Part shown: positions 23,988-36,728 of the stretch, in pieces | Position numbering within the stretch: position 1 is the first letter of the stretch | How the letters are laid out: each line of letters begins with the position of its first letter | Assembly: GCA_964270895.1 (NCBI GenBank) | Contig: OZ185436.1 | Source of the DNA: Podarcis filfolensis | Taxonomy: Eukaryota | Reading direction: 5' to 3' (one strand) | Length of the DNA stretch: 64,000 bases | Position numbers and translations under genes: made by a program | The notes under the pieces: model-generated | What the model saw: only the letters and a program-made list of their open reading frames with translations | What the model was told of the DNA's origin: nothing | Databases searched by the model: none

Positions 23988-24429
23988 CAGCGGTGGGGAA
24001 CTAGAACTCACCAGCAGATCAGATTTTTACCTCCCCCACCCCTCACAGGCCAAGTATGACAGGGGGCTGGAGCTACATGTCAATCACCTGATCTCACCAT
24101 AATGCCAGGTGGTACTTTTTGCTTGCATGGATTTTGTGGATCACTTCTCAATGGGCTCAGCAGGACTGGGCAATCAGCTGACCATTGGGTCTTGCAAAGC
24201 CTTACGCACAGTGTTTTACATACAGTTTTGCAAGTGACTCTGATTGGCAGATGGCCAGTGCCAATAAACCCCTGTTCAGCTCAGACAGGTCTTAACCTGC
24301 CCTATACATGACATCATATGTAATGTCAGGTGTAGTTCAGGTTTCCATGGCTTGGCTGAAACGGCCTGGAAGGCCAAATGGGGAGTCCTGGCAAGTCTAG
24401 GCTCACATGTTGGAGGTTCCCCACCCCTG
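23988..24429. mobile_element. hAT-type non-autonomous element (about 440 bp)
   Basis: TIRs cagcggtggggaact / aggttccccacccctg; degenerate 8-bp TSD attttgat/aatttggt. Confidence 0.65.
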
Positions 24430-24447
24430 AATTTGGTAACTTAAACA

Positions 24448-24590
24448 CTGGATAGCTCACTTGGTTAGAGTTGGATGCTGATAATGCCTAGGTTGCAAGT
24501 TTGATACCCATATGGAACAGCTGAATAATCCTGTATTGCAGAGGCTGGACTACATGATCCTCAAGGTCCCTTCCACCTTCCAACTCAGTA
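24448..24590 (+). mobile_element. tRNA-derived SINE with CR1-type tail (Squam2-like)
   Basis: A-box-like tagctcacttggttagag and B-box-like ggttgcaagtttgatacc, followed by the CR1-type tail gctggactacatgatcctcaaggtcccttcca. Confidence 0.7.
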
Positions 24591-24834
24591 TGCAACATAG
24601 GCTGCATGTTTCTTTGACCTTCTAGCTTTCCCATTTTTTTCCATTATTAACTTATCTTTTGAGCTGCTTCATTCATTCTTTACTAGTGTTTTTTTTTAAA
24701 TCTGATATCTGTACTCTATGTTCACTGATGTTATGTGACCGCATACCTGATGTGTGAGGTTTCTGTACTCTGGAAAATATGAAACACAAATGCTGCTGTC
24801 TTTTTTTTAAGGAACAGGGTTGTTCATTGGCTAC

Positions 24835-24840
<6 letters not shown>

Positions 24841-24867
<27 letters not shown>
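24841..24867. repeat. (CT)13 microsatellite; (GA)n in the transcript, about 47 nt downstream of the exon 5 donor
   Basis: Directly visible. Confidence 0.95.
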
Positions 24868-24870
<3 letters not shown>

Positions 24871-24912
24871 ATTTCTGAAATGCAGCTGTGTAAGCTACTT
24901 ATAACAAACTTA

Positions 24913-25230
<318 letters not shown>

Positions 25231-26034
25231 TTAGAGCCATTCAACAGATGTAAAAAAAAGAAAAGCCAGCACCAGTGTCCTAGCACTTTTTGCAACTAAA
25301 GCACTGAATTTTATGCATAATGTTTTTAGCACAATAAATCTACATTAATTTCTCATGCATTGCTTAGAGCCCGCACTTGTATTTATATGGAGATACTGCA
25401 TTTTCCAAGTAAAGTTCTTTGTGATCACAATTACTATTGCACATACTGTGAAGAGCCTTGTGATGTAAGTTTTATGGACCACTGCTGGATATTTTTGTGA
25501 TGGGGTGAAGGAGAACTGGCATAACTCTAATATTTCCCATCCTGAACTATGAAAAAGAGATTGCATGCTTTTTAATACCGCAACTGATACTCAGCAATTG
25601 TACGGGGCTTAAGAATGTTTAAAGCATTTTGAAACCACGATCTTGTAGCCATCCTTGCTGATCTGCTTTACGGGATTCTTGTGTTGTGTCCCTGTTTCTG
25701 AGATGAGGGGCAGGGGCTGAGGATGGCCCACCTAACCCCCCAGCAGAGGCGAGATAGAACTTTCTGAGTTTGATCCAGAGCTCAGTCAATTCCTGAACTA
25801 AGCTGCTTAATTTATTTTAACACTGTTTGGAGATTGTGGCCTTTCTACCATCACACTGTTCTTGAGTACAAAGCCAACCAGTTAGATGGGGAACTGATCA
25901 CACTGTTGCTTACCCTACCTTAAACACCACCACCTATCACTTGGCATCTGATGGCACGAAGAGACCTTGAGTGGTCCATAATGTTGGTTTCCGTGCTATA
26001 GCAACTGATCAGTTTCTATCAGCCTTCGCACATC

Positions 26035-26158
26035 TGGTGCCCTCCAGATGCTGCTGGACTGCAAGCTCCATCCTCCTTGACCACTAGCCATGCTGGTTGG
26101 GACTGATAGGAGTTGGGGGCCCCACCATTTCTGGAGGGCTACAGGTTGCAGAAGGCTG
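26035..26158. mobile_element. Diverged hAT-type palindromic MITE (10168 family)
   Basis: gccctccagatg ... ctggagggc arms with the family internal pattern. Boundaries approximate. Confidence 0.65.
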
Positions 26159-28231
26159 GTTTATATTATCTGCAATGCCATTAACTGCTTGCTAAAAATC
26201 AGAAGACCATTTACAGAGCATCTCTCAAACAAACAAACAAAACACCAAACAGTATATCAGTGCCTCAAAATTAATTCCAATGCTTTGGAAGGAAGCTAGT
26301 GTTTCATCTTAATGTTCTTAAATATCCCAAGGGTCCACCACCAAGCCACTGTCACATCCAACTGAAATCCGGACCTCTTCAGAACTTCCATAAACAGCAT
26401 GTCAGTCCTGCTAAATGACATTAGCCTCTCACTCTCTGCCATTTCCCCACCTTCCAAACAGTAGGTCTGGTTTTCAAAACTGGATGTTAGCAGCATAGTT
26501 CCAGGGTTTATATGGTCACTTTCAACAATTCTTTTTCCTAACCAAATTTTGAAAATATAGGTAGGGGGAGTAGCTTTAATAAAACACACTATGAGAATAT
26601 GATTCTTGTTAGAGACACATGCAAGTCACAGCAGAAGTGGCCCTGTTCATTTACTACTCAGGACAGCATATTGCTTCCATAACAGAAGAGGGGCTTCATA
26701 TTCAGAAAAACCTTTCCCAATTTTTGTGTGGCGTAAGACACAATTTGGAAAGCCGTTGTTACCTAGATGCACCTTGTATTTTCCCCTACACTCAGAAAAG
26801 GCTCCTGCAGCCTAACTGATTCTGGAGGTGAGATTTCAGCTAACAGGCAATAACTTAATTGTCTCTGCAGGAACTTGAGGGGACAGTACTTGGAATATCA
26901 GTATTTCTTTTGGACCAAAGCCCAGAACACTTACTTTCCCCTTCTGTCTACAGGTGTTGGATAAATCAGGGAAATGATGCAGAGCAAGATCTGCAAAATG
27001 TTTAAGTATTCAACCTAAGAGTTTGCAGACTGAAATTAGAGAACTGAAGGTTTTACTATAGACAACATGATCTCTGATTTATTTTTATTTTTGTCAAAAT
27101 GAAGTTCCTCAGCATTTCACCATTCTTCATCAACAGCAGGTGACCAAATGATCCTCTGCTTATTATTCACCACAAGTTGTTATTTCTGCTTTGACACAAA
27201 TTATTCCCATGTCTGGTGGTCTATCAACAATCTGATCCATTTTTGTGCCTTGATATACTATCCTTCTCAATACTTCATCTCTCATTCCTCAATCTATGCT
27301 GCCCAAGAAAAAGTGACCTACTAAGTACCAAGGGTTTGTAAGAATCCTGACAAACAGCAACTACTTTTTATATTGTGATCATTTGGGCTGCACAGTATTT
27401 TCATTCACATAATATTGTATTCACTTCCTCTTAACGGCTCAAGGGAGGAGTCAGAGACTCGCCTGATATTCACATTTAAAGTGTTTCACATCTAACATGC
27501 TTACATAACCACGCTGCAAACCATTGTTAAAATTACTTTTTACAAATCCAACCTGCCTCTCTTATCAATAAATGTGATGTGAAGCAGTGAGTAAGATAAT
27601 TTAGAATAAAACGTTTTGCTTAATCTTCACCAGGCTACACAAATACTTGTGATTTTAAAACTCTGAAATCAGTTCTTTGATCTCAAGAAATACCTGCTCT
27701 CCCAAATTTATCAACAACTCCTCATGTAAGGAGGGGTTCAGGTCATGTAAAACTTTGGGAAATATGAAATGGCTGCTCTCTTCTTGCTTTGCAAAGTTAT
27801 AGAGCAAGAGTCCAAGCCAAGATGGTTACCTCATAAGGAGCAAGCTAATTAAACATCTTCCCAAAGTCGTGACATATCTAAAACTGCTATGGCCTTTTGG
27901 GAGTTGTATGCACCCCTCCTTGAGCTTCAACATTTACCATGTAAGAAATACTGATGAAACTGGGGCCAGTTTGTAAAAATATCCATAATTTATTGTTTGG
28001 GCAGAACTCCAAAACCACAGTACCTAATGTGATCGGTATTATAGCAGTTTATTATGTCAGTCTGTAGTAGCTTCTGTTCACTGCAGAATGTAATGCACAG
28101 TTTGCATTCATATCATAGCTACTATGACTACTTGTACTTTTTTGTTAGCTTTAACCAAAAGGTTAGCATGGATCAGAACCCCTTGGTTATGGAGCTGACA
28201 AATTTAGGCAGGGCTATTATGGTGTTTGACA

Positions 28232-28590
28232 GGGACGCGGGTGGCGCTGTAGGTAAAAGCCTCAGCGCCTAGAGCTTGCCGATCGAAAGGTCGGCGGTTC
28301 GAATCCTCGCGGCGGGGTGCGTTCCCGTTGCTCGGTCCCAGCGCCTGCCAACCTAGCAGTTCGAAAGCACCCCCAGGTGCAAGTAGATAAATAGGGACCG
28401 CTTACTGGCGGGAAGGTAAACGGTGTTTCCGTGTGCTGCGCTGGCTCGCCAGATGCAGCTTGTCACGCTGGCCACGTGACCCGGAAGTGTCTTCGGACAG
28501 CGCTGGCCCCCGGCCTCTTAAGTGAGATGGGCGCACAACCCTAGAGTCTGTCAAGACTGGCCCGTATGGGCAGGGGTACCTTTACCTTTT
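28232..28590 (+). mobile_element. Sauria SINE, young full-length copy
   Basis: gggacgcgggtggcgctg head, CpG-rich body and accttt tail; perfect 13-bp TSD tattatggtgttt (28215-28227, 28591-28603). Confidence 0.95.
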
Positions 28591-29088
28591 TATTATGGTG
28601 TTTATTTCCTTTTCTCCTATGAGATCATACAATATGTGGCAAAGGAAAGGAAGGGGCATAGAATGCTGGGAAAGATGAAGAACAGACAGGTGTTGGGATA
28701 CATATCTATTCCTCTTCTAAGTTTGATGAAAGCCTTCCAAGGCATGAATTTTGTACAATGAACAGAAAAGATGGTAGACTTTCATGTCACTGATGTGGGA
28801 GTTAGGCTGCCGCTCCCTAAATTCCTCAGCACCTGCTCAGAAGATTGATGGTTTGGGAAATGCCACGACTTTTATGATGTGTGTGGTAAGATAGCCAACT
28901 GGAAGAGAGTCTTTTACTGGTCTTCCTGCCCCACACTTACCTTTTTAAGGATTTTATTGGGTTGATGCATATCACCAATATTTTATCTGTATGCCGCTAT
29001 ACTGTAGTTAAAACCATGCTCCAGGCAGCTTGCAATATTAAAATGTTTACAAAATTTATTTATTGTCATGAATAAATGTTCATGACAA

Positions 29089-29203
29089 TTTCTGTTCTCA
29101 TCCTGAAGCAAAGTTCTTAACTCGAGGTACTATTTCTGGGTTAGAGGAGTCTGTAACCTGAAGCATCTGTAACCTGAAGCATCTGTAACCCGAGGTACCA
29201 CTG
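29089..29203 (-). mobile_element. Tc1/mariner (Tigger-like) MITE terminal fragment
   Basis: Ends gaggtaccactg|ta; internal 16-bp tandem repeat ctgtaacctgaagcat; the other end is missing. Confidence 0.75.
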
Positions 29204-29600
29204 TATGCAGCTGTATTAGTTTTAGTCACTGGATTTCATTCTTACTGGGACAAATGTTGTTTGCAGTTAGCAATATTGCTAGTTATCTTTGTTTAGTGAA
29301 GTTATTTTTGTGTGTTTTATGGTTTTCAATTTAGTACTCATTATATATTGTGGATCCACATGTTAGAAGTCATCTTGAGGGGGCTGAGCTTAAAACGTAG
29401 CCTACAAATATTTCAGATAGATAAATAATTGTAGCAGCCAGTGTTTCCAAGCTGGCCACAGAGGAGGGAAATCTACCCTTAACAGGTCTTAACAGGTAGG
29501 AATTGCTTTCTATCAAACAGGCTGGTGTAGCAGGAAACGGACTGAAGAATGAGCTTCCCTTTTTCTGCAGCCAGCATGCAAACATACAGGCTGGTGGAGG

Positions 29601-29650
<50 letters not shown>
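29601..29650. repeat. (AGAA)12.5 microsatellite
   Basis: Directly visible. Confidence 0.97.
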
Positions 29651-29713
29651 CCATTCTCAATCAGCCCACTCACACATACCTCCATAGAACTCCTGGTCAC
29701 AGCTGACCTGTGT

Positions 29714-29871
29714 NNNNNNNNNNNNNNNNNNNNNNNNNNNNNNNNNNNNNNNNNNNNNNNNNNNNNNNNNNNNNNNNNNNNNNNNNNNNNNNNNNNNNNN
29801 NNNNNNNNNNNNNNNNNNNNNNNNNNNNNNNNNNNNNNNNNNNNNNNNNNNNNNNNNNNNNNNNNNNNNNN
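29714..29871. other. Assembly gap (158 N)
   Basis: Run of N. Confidence 0.99.
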
Positions 29872-29912
29872 CAAAGCAAGTGCCCTGATCACCTGAACCC
29901 ATGTTTTCACAC

Positions 29913-30152
29913 AAACCAATGGATTCAAGTTACAAGAAAGGAGATTCCAACTAAACATCAGGAATAACTTTTTGACAATAAGAGTTGTTCAACTGACTCC
30001 CAAGAGAGCTGCTGAACTCTTCTCCTTTCGAGGTTTGTAAGCAGAGGTTGAATGGCTATCTGTCATGTATAATCTAACTGAGATTCCTGCACTGCAGGGG
30101 TTGGACTAGATGACCCTCAGGGTACCGCGCAACTCTACATTTCTATGATTCT
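29913..30152 (+). mobile_element. CR1 LINE 3' end
   Basis: accaatggattcaagttacaagaaaggagattcc ... ggggttggactagatgaccctc ... ttctatgattct tail. Confidence 0.85.
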
Positions 30153-31427
30153 GAAAGATTGTACTGGGAAATGATGCTTTCCGCTCCTTTCCCAAGCAAG
30201 CAAAGAAGAGAAGTGGAGTGATTGTTGCTTATGCAGCTTCTGAAAAGGATGTGGTCGCAATTAATTCTTGTAACGCTCAGCATTTGCTGTATATCCACAA
30301 ACCACAGTCATCTCTGTGATTTATTTATCTGTGCTCAGTTGGAATACAATTTTCCTCCCCGTGGTGGTTTCCCTTACAAAAAGCATGGAAAAACAGCAGC
30401 AGATAAGTTGTACTGCTAGAGTGGTGTCCATATCATGGCAAGCCAGGCTTCCTTGTGTGAGCCTACTCCACACCCATCCTTCCCTGTTAGCAAATACAGA
30501 GTTAATTGTCAGCTATTGGAAGGCCAAGAGTGCAGTCTTTGTTACCTGGTTATCATTAACTAAAAGAAAGAAATACTCAGGCGGTTAGATCACATCTACA
30601 ACATTATAGATGATAGAAAGTCAAATGGATTTGTTAAATTTAATGTCATCAATAGCATTGTTTTGTAGGAGCCAGCTGCTGCCTCATCACCTATGGACTT
30701 CCTTCCTCTTTAAAAGCAAATGTGTGTGTACACAGGTGTGCCTATTGGGGCATATTTTAACCTATTCCATGACAAGAGGAACAAGCATATCAGAAGCTGA
30801 ATGAATGAAAATTGTATACACACATACGTGTATTTCACACACATTTTACTACAGATTATAACAGCAACCCCAACACAAAAAACACACATATGATAAAACA
30901 AAACAAGCAGACACTCAATCTCAAACAGACTTTCCCAGATTTTAGGAGAGATAAAGGGAAGATAATGACATCCTAATTATTTAATGCATTTCTAACTTCA
31001 AAAGGTTTAAAACCTAGAGAATTCAATATAAGAAACAGTTGCAATATAATTTTGATTAGTGGTATCATATAAATTGAACGACCACTGGGGTATCTTCCCC
31101 AGAAATATGGGGCAATGCACACTGTGCTTTTTTCTGGCTTAAGCATCCCTATGACCAACACCACCACTCCCCTTCTGCAGAATCCAATACAGACTTTTGA
31201 CTTTTCCATCCCATCAGCCCCTAGTATCAAAAACAAATTGCTTTTTATACATGGCAAGTCCTACCAATTCCATCCCTGCAGAACTGTGCCATTTCTTTGT
31301 GTTTTTAATTAAAAATATTTATATGTGTTCCTGCACTAGCATGAACATGTGTACACCCCTGTTCCATAGGTGCTTCTTATTTCCTTCCATACTAAACTGA
31401 GAAGCATCTCTGTTCTAATGACTAGTA

Positions 31428-31690
31428 CATGGGTAGGCAAACTAAGGCCTGGGGGTCGGATTTGTCCCAATTGCCTTCCAAATCCGGCCCGCAGATGGTC
31501 CAGGAATCAGCGTGTTTTTACCTGAGTAGAATGTGTCCTTTTATTTCAAATGCATCTCTGGGTTATTTATGGGGCATAGGAAGGAATTTGTTCATTCTTT
31601 TTTCTTTTCTTTTCAAAATACAGTCCGGCCCCCCACAAGGTCTGAGGGACAGTGGACTGGTCCCCTGCTGAAAAAGTTTGCTGACCCCTG
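31428..31690 (+). mobile_element. hAT-type MITE (263 bp)
   Basis: Ends catgggtaggcaaact / agtttgctgacccctg; perfect 8-bp TSD gactagta (31420-31427, 31691-31698); second copy at 56545. Confidence 0.92.
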
Positions 31691-31936
31691 GACTAGTATA
31701 ATGGGACTGAAGGAGGCAGTCTGAATAATATTCAAGTGAGATTCCATTTGAACTAAGCTATTTCAAAAGGGGAGTAGGCTAACCTAACACACTTTGAAAC
31801 CATTAAAGGCAGTTGCTTTCATTTGACAGAGGGAGGCTAGTTACCAACAAAGCCATCATCTTCAAGAAACAATGAGAGCAGTTGTCACTTGGCATGAAAA
31901 GGAGTTTTTCCAAATAACAAACAACATCTTAGTAAG

Positions 31937-32156
31937 CGCTGCTTTTTTCTGATGGGACTCAATGGTACACTGGAAGGCAGGGCGCTGGGTGGATGTGAAG
32001 TCAGGGCAAGGTGGGGGGGGGAGACTGAAGAAGTGAGAGGGGGGTCACAAAGTGGGGCTTCAATTAATTGAGGGGGGACAGGAGAGTGTGTGAGGGAGAG
32101 AAAAAGGAGGGGTCATGGTGAGTACCAGCACCTTCTTTTCCTAGACAAAAGCACTG
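31937..32156. mobile_element. hAT-type MITE with G-rich interior
   Basis: Degenerate TIRs cgctgcttttttct / agacaaaagcactg; TSD ttagtaag/ttattaag (7 of 8). Confidence 0.65.
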
Positions 32157-32354
32157 TTATTAAGCATTTATGTAGTGCATTGTAAATGTCCAAAGTGCTT
32201 CCTTATGTCAGCAAAACGACTCTGTGGGTAAGTCTGCAGAGTAAGAAACATTCAAGGTCATCGTTGATGAGTTCTTACTCAAGTGAAAATGCATTAACAC
32301 AAACTATGGTAGCATATAATAAGACAAAACAGAAAAGGTGACTTACTGTGTATC

Positions 32355-32455
32355 CTGGTGCCCTCCGGATGTTTGGGACTACAGCACCCCAACAGCCCCA
32401 GCCATCATGACCACGAGTATGATGGGAATTGTAGTCCAAAACACCTGGAGGTTAC
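32355..32455. mobile_element. Diverged hAT-type palindromic MITE (10168 family) just downstream of exon 4
   Basis: gccctccggatgtttgggactaca ... gggaattgtagtccaaaacacctggagg. Confidence 0.7.
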
Positions 32456-32513
32456 TAGAGCAGGGAAGGCTGCTGTACTGGAACCAGCTGCAAACAATGC
32501 ATCTCAACAATCA

Positions 32514-32678
<165 letters not shown>

Positions 32679-33745
32679 TCATTAGAACCTCACTTCTCAA
32701 AGAACTCCTTGATTGCTATCTTTATTCAGCGGCTCAAGCACAGACATATCCCATAAGGGCATTCAGACACATGGCAAAGCAAATGTTACACTGGAAGAAG
32801 CAAATCACATTAACATAATCCCATGAAAATAATTTCATTCATGGCTGTGATTTTAGATTGCTGGCCATTCATTCCATCAGGGATTGTGGAAACTCTAAAA
32901 ATATAAATTAGTTCTTTTTTCAAGTTCACAGTGTTATTTGTTGAATGCTTCTTCCCTGTTGGAACATTGCCCGGTTGATTTCAACAGAAATTAGTTATGA
33001 CTAAGGATAGTGGAACAGGGTGTGTGTGCGCATTATCAGACAGGATAGAAATGCAAACCGATGAATTTTTATTTATTTATTTAAAAAAACCTTTTCAACT
33101 ACACCTTTTTTTTAAAAAAAAATACTATTAATGTTGCTCAGAAACTAACAATTTTTTTAAAAAAACCCAATAAGAAATAAAACAGCAGTTAGCAGCAATC
33201 AAGATAAACAAACAAAAGAGAGAGAAGGGAAGGAAGCCTAATCTGTTGACTCAAACTACAGAGCAAACCTGTTTGCAGCAGGTACACCAGAGTTATATTG
33301 GAGTTTCCTGCAGCAAACCCAAGGTGAAAACCACAGCTATGTATTCCTTAAAATACCCCTGTAGATAAGTGTGGAAGCCTTAATTGTAAGCATGTGTATC
33401 AGTGATTTACACTTTTTGCCACAGATATACCAAGATGCTCCCTGCAACAAATGCACCTGTCCCTTATAACAAGTAAAACTGCTTTGTCTGGAAGTTCCTG
33501 CTGAAACAAAAAGGCAATGGTGATTCCAGTCCATAAAAGCTTGCTCCGTTTTCTTTTCTGCCTTTTTGGATAGGTGACCACAAAACTGTCATGCTTGTAA
33601 GGTGAGAGTGTATACACTTTGAGATGGAAGTAAGATGGGAGCTGTTCCTCCAGTGTGAGTGGCATTGAACTAAGAAAGCCAACACTCCTTTTCATGTACA
33701 CATGCACTGTATGTACTCCAAGAGAGAGGACCAACAGAAACATTC

Positions 33746-34910
33746 TTTTTTTAAAAAAATAATTTTTATTAACAGGCCAATCACATCATATTATCCAAAT
33801 CACATTAGTTCCAAATTATACAGCCAAATTTTAAATTTTGTTGGGGGTACCCATACATCAAGCTCTGCACGAGTCCAAAACTCCAAACGAGTCCAAACAT
33901 CACTTATATTACTGCTTTAATTAGACAGTTCTATCCAGTTCAATCCAGATAGTCCTTTATTACTTTCTTTCTCTTCTTGTTGTTATCATATATTCCTTTC
34001 TTTGCGATCTCTGATAATTTTCACAAGCAGATTGAAAACAGGCATCCTCTGTGTGGATTTTGTACTCTTCAAAGATCATATCGCTCAGGGACAGCCTCTG
34101 TTCAACGCTTCCATAAAAAAATTTTTATCTTCGGTCTGTCCTTTAATTTTCTCAGGCTTGCCAAATAAATCAAATGAATCAGGAGGCTCTGTCAGGTCAA
34201 GCTTGCGTGCCAACATTCCTTCTCTTTCGAACGATCCTGATTCTCCTCCCCCTGTCCTTCTTTCTCCGGCAAGCCTGTCTTGGTGAGACGCCATTTTTTA
34301 ACTGCGTCATAAAATTTTTCCTCTTTCTCACCGTTCACCAATCCTCTCTCCTGTTATAATCCATCCCACACAGTTCTTGAATTCCTGCTTGTGATTAATA
34401 AAAACGCAACGATCTATCTGGGGTGAAGGGTTATTAATATCACATCATGCAAAGAAAAAAAAAGTTTTTTCCTCCACCCCCCCTTCATTCCAAACATACA
34501 GTCTCCTAGTGGTGATTCATCAGAAGATTTACTTATCCATCCGTCACTCCCGGTCACAGAGATCCATTAATCAGCAGTCTTATCTCTCGAACATTACTTG
34601 ATGTATGTGCTTCAGCTTCATTTCCAATCATATGTTTCCAATTATAATTCCGAGCTGAAGCAACCAGCACGTGCTAATTGGAATCGGCGTCAGGAAGATC
34701 TGACTTCACCGAGGGCTCGTGCCAAGTGTTCGGCACCCCCATCTCTCGGATCAGGGGGTGCATTGTGAACACCGCTGGCAAGGCAGCGCCCCCGTCTCCT
34801 GGGGGGTAGGAAGACTGCATACTTCCCATAGCAGCCCCTTAATTACCTCGTATGGGTCAGAGAGATGTTATTGTCGGCCATCTTCCAACGCGCCACCTGG
34901 TGGCCCCCCC
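33746..34910 (-). mobile_element. Complete non-autonomous L1-like retroposon (about 1.17 kb)
   Basis: Perfect 13-15 bp TSD (cc)aacagaaacattc at 33731-33745 and 34909-34923. The 5' end has a G run and GGAAGATGGCCGA; the 3' end has AATAAA (33765-33770) and a short A tail. No RT or endonuclease ORF. Confidence 0.8.
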
Positions 34911-34941
34911 AACAGAAACATTCAAAGATGCTTACTATAGA

Positions 34942-35159
34942 CAGGTCCTGCCCTAAGTGAGACAGCTGCCTCAGGAGGACAGAGCTTGGAGTGCCATGTG
35001 GCCTGCTACACTAGCCTGCTGTCTTCAGCTGCAGTAGAAGAAACTGTCCTTTCATCAGTATTGGAATTCCACCAGTCCAGCTGGCTTCTGTATGTGCCTT
35101 GGGGAAGGGTGCCATATTGTCCTTAACCTCAGGCAGCAAAGTATCTCGAGCCAGCCCTG
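34942..35159. mobile_element. Old hAT-type MITE
   Basis: Ends caggtcctgccct / gagccagccctg with internal cctcagg(a/c) motifs; no TSD retained. Confidence 0.55.
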
Positions 35160-36593
35160 GCTGAAATAACTCTGTCCTTATCCATTTGAGCTCATGTTTA
35201 TGTCAAACTCTTGACTAGTAAGAGTTATCACAGGTGGAGGGGCAGACAGCTAGCCTAGAATCTATTTGCCCAATGAGCTAGCTTTGCAAATTCAAAGAAG
35301 AAATTATGATAGTCAAGTGTTTACAAATTAATGATGGGTCTGTTTGCCTTCTGAAGTTGCATAGCACCATGCAGGACTGTACCCCAATTGAATCTGATGA
35401 CTTCTGAATGTTTGAACCACCCAAGGGAGGGAAGAATCTGTGTACAGAGCCTGAATGACAACTGCACAGGAGTTCAGCAAAGGAGTAACTTTTCAAAAAA
35501 TATGATGTAGTAGAAAAGGCGTTCACAACTTTTTCTTCCAAGTTCAACAGCCCATATGAAGTTTCCCACCATCGCAGCTGCAGTTCTGAAGCAAGGAACA
35601 TGGAAATTTGAATCAATCTGTCAGCAAGTCAAGCAAGATTGTGAAGAAGTCCTTCATGGAAAAGTTTAAGATGCTGGCTCCTTTCTTATATCCTCAATGG
35701 AACAAATTTCATTATTTTGGGGGTGGGGCCTTTGTTTTATTGACAAGAATTTTGGTCCAAATTCTCTGTGGCCACAAATTATAAAATGCAATGTGCCACT
35801 ACATCAACTAAAATCATCATGGAATTTTCATTATATTTTTCCAGTTGGTAGAAACTGGATATTCCAGTAACTAGGGTCAGCAGTGCTTCTTTCTATATTT
35901 AGAACTCAGACAGCAATTGGGTTGGCGTCTCTCCAAGATTCACTCAGTCACCAGAGTTGAAAGAAAATTTATAACTCACATTTTCTTATTGATGTGCACA
36001 TAAAACATGCAAGCAATCAGAGTAAATGGCCAGTTAATCTCTCTAGCCATTTGCACAAGCAATCACAGTAATGCATGTTCATTTCTTCAACACATCCATG
36101 AACATTATGGCTTTTCTATTTGATCCAGAGATATTGCATTCTTTTAAACTTTTGTGGGGTTTTTTAAGGCAGCAGACAATAGAGTAGGAAAAGCACAAGT
36201 GCTCTATAAGGACTCACAGAAAGCAGAACACAGCTCTCACATTTTCAGCTGGTGAAAGACACACCGCTATGCTTCCTGTACCAATTAATCTGGTCTGATA
36301 CAGTTTAAACAACATTAGTGCCACATTTTTATTACTGTATGTGGGGCTAATTAATGAGAATGGATCCTGACAAGACAAAGATCTTGCGGTTGAGTGGTCC
36401 CCAGGTACAGGACCTGGGTTATTTATCTTTTCTGGATGGAGTTCCACACTCTCTGTAGAAAGAGGCATGCACTTTGGGTGTGCTCCTGGAACCATCTCAG
36501 CCATCAAGAGCCCCAGGTGATGATATCTGTGGCTCATAACGCCTACTACCAACTTCGGCTGACAGAACAAATATTCCCTTTCCCATATAGTAC

Positions 36594-36728
36594 CAGGTGC
36601 ACAACCTGCGGCCCTCCAGATGTTTCTGGACTACAACTTCCATCAGCCCCAGGCAGCATAGCCAGTGATCAGGGATGATGGGAGGTGTGGTCCAACAACA
36701 TCTGGAGGGCCGCAGGTTGTGCACCCTG
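36594..36728. mobile_element. hAT-type palindromic MITE (10168 family)
   Basis: Arms gtgcacaacctgcggccctccagatg / catctggagggccgcaggttgtgcac are exact inverted repeats. Confidence 0.88.

Noticed and set aside
29140-29195. Short tandem 16-bp units (CRISPR-like spacing)
   Set aside because: There are no unique spacers, and the units are the subterminal repeats of a Tigger-like MITE in a vertebrate genome.
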